Part shown: in pieces, positions 57,001 through 64,000 of the stretch | Layout of the letters: each line of letters begins with the position of its first letter | Position numbering within the stretch: the first letter of the stretch is position 1 | NCBI GenBank assembly: GCA_026914245.1 | Contig: CP110440.1 | Coordinates: 3,720,001-3,784,000, forward strand | Direction of reading: 5' to 3' | Length of the DNA: 64,000 nucleotides | Source of the DNA: Puccinia triticina | Taxonomy: Eukaryota | The notes under the pieces: model-generated | What the model was told of the DNA's origin: nothing | The model's input: the letters and a program-made list of their open reading frames with translations, nothing else | The model's database searches: none | Translations under genes and position numbers: made by a program

Positions 57001-60000
57001 CGAGAAATTTACAGAAAGAATTCTTGGATGCTACCGAGTCTGCCATAAGCGCGTTGGAGAAGGTCCCATTGCCTCCGACACCCGTTAAGCTCGGGCCCAC
57101 CTTAAAGAAAGAGCCCGCCCCCAAATCAAAACCTCGAGCAACCATCAAAGCCACGGCTCAACCCCGGACGCGTGCTGCAGTGGCCAAGCCGAATCAGGGC
57201 ACCAACCTTCTAGCTACGCCGCCAAGCAAACGGATTGATCGGACTGATTCGATGAGGACTCCTGAACAACAGGGCGCCTCAAAGTCAACAAGAACACTGT
57301 TCCAATCAAACAAGAACAACGTCATTTCCACAAATGGTGCTATGGACGCTCTTCATCTTGACGATCGCGAACGTCTCGTTCAACATCTCATGCTCTTCAC
57401 ACACATTCTTGGCGCACACGGCCTGGTTTCTCAAAAGCTGCGACTGCTGCGGTTCTTGCAGGACTTAAGTTCAGCGCGGACTTCAGTGTCAGATAGCAAG
57501 CACTCTGAAGGTCGAATCGCGACTATGATCGAACTAGCTTCAACCTATCTGCACTGTGAAGAGTATTCCAGTGCTAGCACGCTACTGACCGATGCCGAGC
57601 GCTTCATACAGTCCTTGCCGACTCACACATTCCCGGGAGCTCTAGCTAGCGAGAGCCTCATCTCATTGCTTTACTCCAGGTGCTTTTCCGAAGCGGATGA
57701 CCTCGAAAGTGCAGACTCGGTGTTCATCTCTGCGGGCGAAAAATGGGCATTGGCCGTCGAGGAGGAGGAGTACACCACCCGGAATGCAGATATCTCTCCA
57801 GCGCAAAAAGTGATCAAACGGACCAAATTCTTGCGGACGATCGCCCTCGCGTCGTTTACTTACTCTCATATCCAAGAAAAGCAGGGCGACTTGGCTCTCG
57901 CCATCGAGTTCGCCACCCGCGCTGTTCGTTTGCTGCACCGGGCTTCATCCAACATTCTTCGGATATCGAATCCCCCCCAAACAACCGTATCCAATGCGCC
58001 AACCAAGCCCATCCACGATGTGTTCAGCAGCAATACAAAGGCTGAAGACTGTGCTCCTCTGCCCGAAATAGCTAGTGAGGTGAACCCCCACTCCTTTACT
58101 GTTGACAGCCATCCAGTCGGCGAGATCACCTGGCAAGTTGCTGCCATGATCCCTGTAGCTTTGAGTAGGGTTATCGGTCTATACATCAACAGAGGCTCGC
58201 CTAGGATGGCTGAAGCACATCTGAACCAGTTTTCTACCGTTGCTGGCCAGATCGGATCTCACCGGCTGAAAATCAGCGCCACCGTGATCAGAGCCAACAT
58301 CTTGACACTCAAACGACAGTTCGATGCGGCCCACAATGCCCTTCAAGATGCTTCTTCGATGATGGAAGATCGGCGCACCTTTGAGCTCGCCGAAATTTAC
58401 ATGCTCAAGTGCCAGATCTCTTATCAGCTAAAATCCTTTAACGAAGCCAAGGCCAATTGCACTGAGTTGGCACGTGTGCTACAGGACCTGGATGGTAACC
58501 ATTGCGGTTCAGCTCATAGACCGACAAGGTATGTGCTCTCCATTTTCCTTTCAATCTGGAAGTTTGGCTGCATCCTAAAGCAAGCTCTCGTCAGTCCGCT
58601 CAACTCGTCGAGGATGTCTACTCAATCGTCAAGAGGCTTGCTTCTTGCCCCGACCGCGCCCGCTCAATCTTTGTTAATAGCAGCCCAGACAAATCGCATT
58701 CAAGGTGTGTTCTCACAATTCTCGCGCAAAGAGAAAGAATGCCCGAGAAACTTATCCTATTGCTCTTCCCTAGTGCTCGTCGCGCGCGCAATGCGCCGAC
58801 CTGAGCAGGTTTCCCAGCCTCTTCGACTGCTTTCCAAGATGCCGTACAAGATCCGCGAAAAGGTATGATGCTTTCTCATGTTCACTCTCCGAGATTTTGT
58901 GTTAAAGTTGATGATCCTCGTGCAGGTTTTCGAAACAACCTTGTTAGCAATGCTTGGGTTGGATGACGTTCTTCAAAACTTCAGGGTGGATCCATTACTA
59001 GCAGTTTTATCCGAAGCCAGTAAGACACTTCACATGTTATTGGGTTCCTCTCTTCGTTTTGCCAATTCGCGTATATTCATCCCTGGACCTCTGCATCAGT
59101 GATTGTGATCCCTTCGCTGGAACGTCATCCGGATCAGTCGAAGAATTTCCAGGATCAGTTTCCTCAGCTTTCGCGATCCTTGAAAACAATGGAAGAAGTC
59201 TTGACTAAGCGGACGTTAGGATGCGCCGACATTCCCAATTTATACGAGACCGTTCACGTCTTGATTACCCTCAAGTTCATCAATAGCATTCTGCAACGAG
59301 AACGCAAAAACGTAGCTGGCGAAGTCGCAGCTCTCCTGGGTAGGTTACAAAATCCACCTCGAAGCAACCACCTGCTTGCTTTTTTTTTGAGCTAATTCAT
59401 TCATTCGTGGCCTTCTGTATGTAGATTTTGTTTGCAGTCTGACTATACGACGGGAGATGATCGAATGCGTTCGAGCTAAATCCCGTGTCGTCGGACCTGG
59501 TGATGATACCAGTTGGCCATCGGAAGTAAAGGCCAAGCAATCGTTATCATCCGGAGATGAACTACCGATTGCCTCGATCTCGGGAGCCGGTTCAAGACGA
59601 TGGGAACACGTGGCCTGCCATCACAGGAATGACATCATATCGCCTGCTAAATATCGGCCCCTACCAGCTCTCCCTGCTGGATGGCATGTTGTGTCAATAC
59701 ATTTAGCCTTCGATCAAGACAGTCTATTCCTTATCCAGCATAACCAGACATGTGATCCTTTGGGCGTCAAACTACCTCTGGATCGGTTCAATCGGAGAGA
59801 AGGGGGAGACGAGCTGTTCACTTTGAAGGTGGCGCTAGAAGAACTGCAAGCCATCGTTAGCAAGAGCAATGCCGCGACCCAACGCGCCCGACACGTCACT
59901 GGTCGTCAGGACAAGATCTCGTGGTGGCAAGAACGCAAGGATTTAGACATCAGGATGCGGAACCTTATCGAAAGAATTGAGAACGATTGGCTCGGAGCTT

Positions 60001-61567
60001 GTAAAGTACGTTCAGATCAAGCCCCTTCTCTCCCATCCCCCATTATCTGTTAGCTCATGGCCAATGTTTGATGTGTACAGGGACTATTGCGTCCGAGTAA
60101 TAAGGTGAATGATATGGCTACCCTGCAAGCAGCTTTGGAGAACATCTTCCGACATCATCTGATTTGTTCCCAAGACAAAACGGTCTACAACCGCCCGCTG
60201 GATGAACACATCGTCAATTGCTTCATATCTTTGCCCATCAACTGTCGGGATGAAGACTTGGAGGATCTTATTCAATTCGTGGTTGATTCCTATCAAATTC
60301 ACGAAGCTCCTGTCGTTGGAGACGAAGTGGATGTAGACCAAGTAAGTTATTTGTTGCCATTTTTTTGGACATTCATACTTTTTCAATTGCAAATTGTCTG
60401 ATCTCAAAAACCTCGAACCCCTTTTATGGTGTAGGTTGTTTGTGAACTGCGAAACCTTCAAAAGGAGTTTTTGGTCGGTTATTCTGAAGAAGAATGTTCA
60501 CCACAACATCTGTTCCTGATATTGGACAAAAACCTGCACGGCTTTCCGTGGGAAGTCCTGCCGATTCTGACGGGCCATTCAGTCAGCAGGATTCCCTCGT
60601 TAAGTTTCCTGCGCGATCGCCTTGGCGATGAACAGGCAAACGACTTGGCCCCCTTGTCGATAGACCCAACTCGCACGTCGTACATCTTGAACCCTAGCGG
60701 TGATTTGACCAGCACTCAACTCAAGTTCGAAGGGTGGTTGGAAAGCCAACCGAGCTGGAACGGAATCAAAGGCCGGTCACCGAGTAGCGAAGAGGTCAAG
60801 CAGGCTCTGCTTTCATCCAATTTGATGCTGTACGTCCGAATCAAACCGCCCCTACTCGTTATCGCCGTCATCACCTTCCGTCTCTCAGACGCCTGGCTAA
60901 CCCCGCCCATTTGTACCTTGTAGTTATTTCGGACATGGCGGAGCAGAGCAATATATTCGCTCTCAAACTATCAAGCAACTCCCCCGTTGTGCAGTCGCGA
61001 TGTTGTGGGGTTGCTCGTCGGGAATGCTGCATGATCAAGGTGATTTTGATCCTACCGGAACGCCGTACGCCTACATGCTAGCCGGATGGTAAGAGACTTG
61101 TTTCCATAGACTATTCGGAAGGGTAGCGTCCCCACGTAGATGGCTTGCTTCATAGCCCCGATTGACCTTCATTTCCTCTTTTGATCAGCCCCGCATTGCT
61201 AGCAAATTTGTGGGACGTGACGGATAAGGACATCGACAAATTGGCTCTCGATCTGTTCAAGAAAACCGGCCTCGAATCCGACGATCAGGATCGTGGAAGA
61301 TCTTCATCCTCATCAATGACTCTGACTGGTGCGCTGGCCTCGGCAAGATCGAGTTGTCAACTCAAGTATCTCAACGGTATGTGTCTCTTTCTTGAGCCAA
61401 TATAAGACCCATACCCTCGGAGAGGTTCGAGTCCCAAGGTAAACTCATCTGTGGTTTGTTGTGTCCTCGTTTACCATACAGGTGCTGCGCCTATCGTTTA
61501 CGGCATCCCAGTCAAGTTCGAAGTCAGGCGAGGAACAGCCCATCAAAAGCCGTCTATGAGCCCCTAA
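54089..61567 (+). CDS. ESP1: Separase (peptidase C50), multi-exon
   Basis: Long helical N-terminus. C-terminal motifs WWQERKDLD, FPWEVLP, SVSRIPS, YILNPSGDL, catalytic YFGHGGAEQY and LWGCSSG, NLWDVTDKDID and GAAPIVYGIPV. Confidence 0.93.
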
Positions 61568-62539
61568 ATTCAGTTCACATGCCGTAATTTCTGCACTTGA
61601 TTATAATGTTCTTTTTTGACCCATCTCTGCCCACTACATACATAGCACTTGATTGTATTCTGTGCATACGCTACTCTGTCATACCCCTCACTACTAACAT
61701 CTACTTGTCCATTATCATACTTGCAACGAAGGTTCGACGGTATATAGAGCGCAAAGCCCACTCCTCTGAAACTTGAAATCTAATGCAGCTTGTACACCCA
61801 TTCACTGGCTTTTTCTTGAATATAATTGTACAACACTGCACACCCCGCAAAAGATGAGCAGATCAAAAGGATGATAATCGATTATGATGCTGCAAGAACA
61901 TGCAGCGATCGCAGTCTTACGATGGATTGGCACCACCCCGGGGTGAATCGTCTTACCAATGCACACAGATGGACGTTCAACATGAGTTTTGGGCAAAGTT
62001 CAACTTATCTGATAGGCGGGTCATGATCTTGACGGCACCTTGTCAGGTGTTCATTATGAGCAATTTTTTTGGTACATTGATGATAGGTTTCACTGATTCG
62101 GAAACCTCCAATCAGGCATAGCTTTCCAAAAACATGAAATGTTGCTCACAGCAGCCATAAACTTACCTCTTTTCACAGGTGGTTTTGGCCTAAGAGGGAA
62201 AGTGCGTCAATGAATCGGATCCGCGCGGCTCTATCTTTTGTGCGGGCCCTATTTGAGGCTCAGAGGGCCCCAAATATGGAGCCCGCGGTGGAGAACATCG
62301 GTGCATGACTCCGGGGGTACGGGATCGGGGCTTCGGGACAGCTTTTATCCCCCGTACCGAACCCCGGGCCACAAACACCCTCAGCCTGACTTCGGTGGAG
62401 TTCGGTGCTTTGCACATTTGTCTTTCCCATCGTCTCCGCCAGCCTCCGCCCGCATCACGATTCACAGCAACCGCTTGCTACATACCTCGAGCCTAACCAC
62501 CCCATCATACTATCTGGCCGATCCTCTCTCCTGACCGAA

Positions 62540-64000
62540 ATGGCAACCATCGCATTCCCCTCCCGCAATCCTCAGGCTCCTAAGGAAGCAGCAGCCTTCC
62601 GACAAGATCTGGTGTGTTCTTCGTTCCCGTCTCAACCGAACCTTACCCGTCTCCTCCTAATCGGCTCTCTGGAAAACCTCGCTCCGTAGAACGTTCGTCT
62701 CATCTGCCCTGATTGCAAATGTGCAAGATTGGTCGAAGAGTTTTCATCTGGGGATCTTGTCTGTGGTAGCTGTGGTTTAGTCGTTGGTGATGTGAGATAC
62801 TTGAGCTTCTCTCTTTCAATTTGAAATCACGCTAAAAAAACCTTGTTGCTCACCGCTGCTGTTTTTTTTTTTTTTTTTCCGTTGCTCAGCGTATCGTCGA
62901 CACTCGCTCTGAATGTTTGCTGCCGACTCATTACATAGTTGACCTCCTCACTCTGACGGTTTCACCTGGCCGCTTCGAATCAAATCTCGGTAGCTGACTT
63001 GACTCAGTACCTTTTCTATCTCAGGGCGAACATTCGCAGGTGACGAAGGTGACGACCCCTCTCGTGTCGGTGGCCCAAGCAACCCACTTTTGAACGGCGT
63101 CGAGACCTTTGAAACCGTCATCTCCTTCAAGGATGGCAATACTGGTGTGGCCCGTGACCTCAATCGTGCGGCTACCCGCGCTGCGGCCAAGAGTGGAGAA
63201 AAAAGCATTGCCGCCGCTTTCGTTTCGATCCAAGACATGTGTGACACCATCAGTCTCCCACGAACAGTGACAGACATTGCAAAGCAATTGTACAGAAGGG
63301 CGGATGAAGGTAAACCCCAAACATACTTACCTTCTCCCGGGCTGGAAAGTATTTGTGTGAATCAGGCTTAAGATTCTGTTATCCGTTTCCCGGATACTGA
63401 ATAGAGAAACTGCTCAGGGGTAAACAAGCCGATGCAATCATCGCCGCTTGCATCTTCATCGCTTGTCGGCAATCAAAGGTCGGGAGATCGTTCAAAGAGG
63501 TCGTTGCGCTTACCCGCGTGCCCAAGAAGCAAATCGGCCAATGTTTCAAGGCTCTTTCCGCTGCGTTCGAGACCTCCGCGGTTGGCGGTGGCGGTGCCTT
63601 GAATACAGCCACAGGCGAATCCAGCGGTGCAGGAGCTGAAGATCTCATGGCTCGTTTCTGCAGTCATCTTGGGCTTCCGTTCTACGTTCAAAGCGGCGCC
63701 AAGAGGATCGCAATCCTGCAGCGAGACATGGGTATCCTTGCTGGTCGAAGCCCTATCAGCGTAGCAAGCGCTTGCATTTACTTCGCCAGTCATCTGTACG
63801 GCTGCCCCAAGAGTGTGAAGGATATCGCTGGTGTCGCTGGCGTCAGCGAAGTCACGATCAAGATCGCGTACAAGCAAGTTCACCAACTCCTCCTCTCACA
63901 CTCACATCCATGCCTAACTACGCCATGATGATTGATGTGAAACTTCCTTCATTTTGCTATGTGCTTAATAGGCTTTTACATTCCAAGTCTAAGGAGATTG
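62540..64000 (+). CDS. SUA7: Transcription initiation factor TFIIB (3' end outside the window)
   Basis: Zinc ribbon CPDC...GDLVCGSCGLV and B-reader RIVDTRSEWRTF...DPSRVG. Cyclin repeats IAKQLY, IAACIFIACRQ and GRSPISVASACIY. Confidence 0.95.

Overview
Eukaryotic genomic DNA with short GT-AG introns. The gene content and transposon families suggest a basidiomycete rust fungus (Pucciniales, probably Puccinia), which is an inference. Bases 1-48,700 are a transposon-dense block and bases 50,400-64,000 hold four conserved genes: a JMJD4-like JmjC hydroxylase, Hap2/NF-YA, separase and TFIIB. The main find is a 20,625-bp CACTA/CMC-type DNA transposon at 23381-44005, bounded by 49-bp TIRs starting CACCA and a 3-bp ACT target-site duplication (TSD). 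It encodes a Transposase_21-type transposase with one nonsense codon, a RING-less Rad5/Rad16-like SNF2 ATPase, two paralogous unknown proteins flanking the transposase, and at least three more orphan spliced genes. Seven copies of a ~38-bp palindrome lie in its intergenic spacers. It is nested in a solo LTR, which is itself nested in a MULE-like foldback element, and every layer keeps its TSD. A second copy of the same LTR at 1538-3252 shows the empty insertion site. The window also holds a Copia element with an open 1443-aa ORF, a gag-only LTR element, several hAT, PIF and CACTA non-autonomous elements, a Yar1-like ankyrin gene and a degenerate tRNA.
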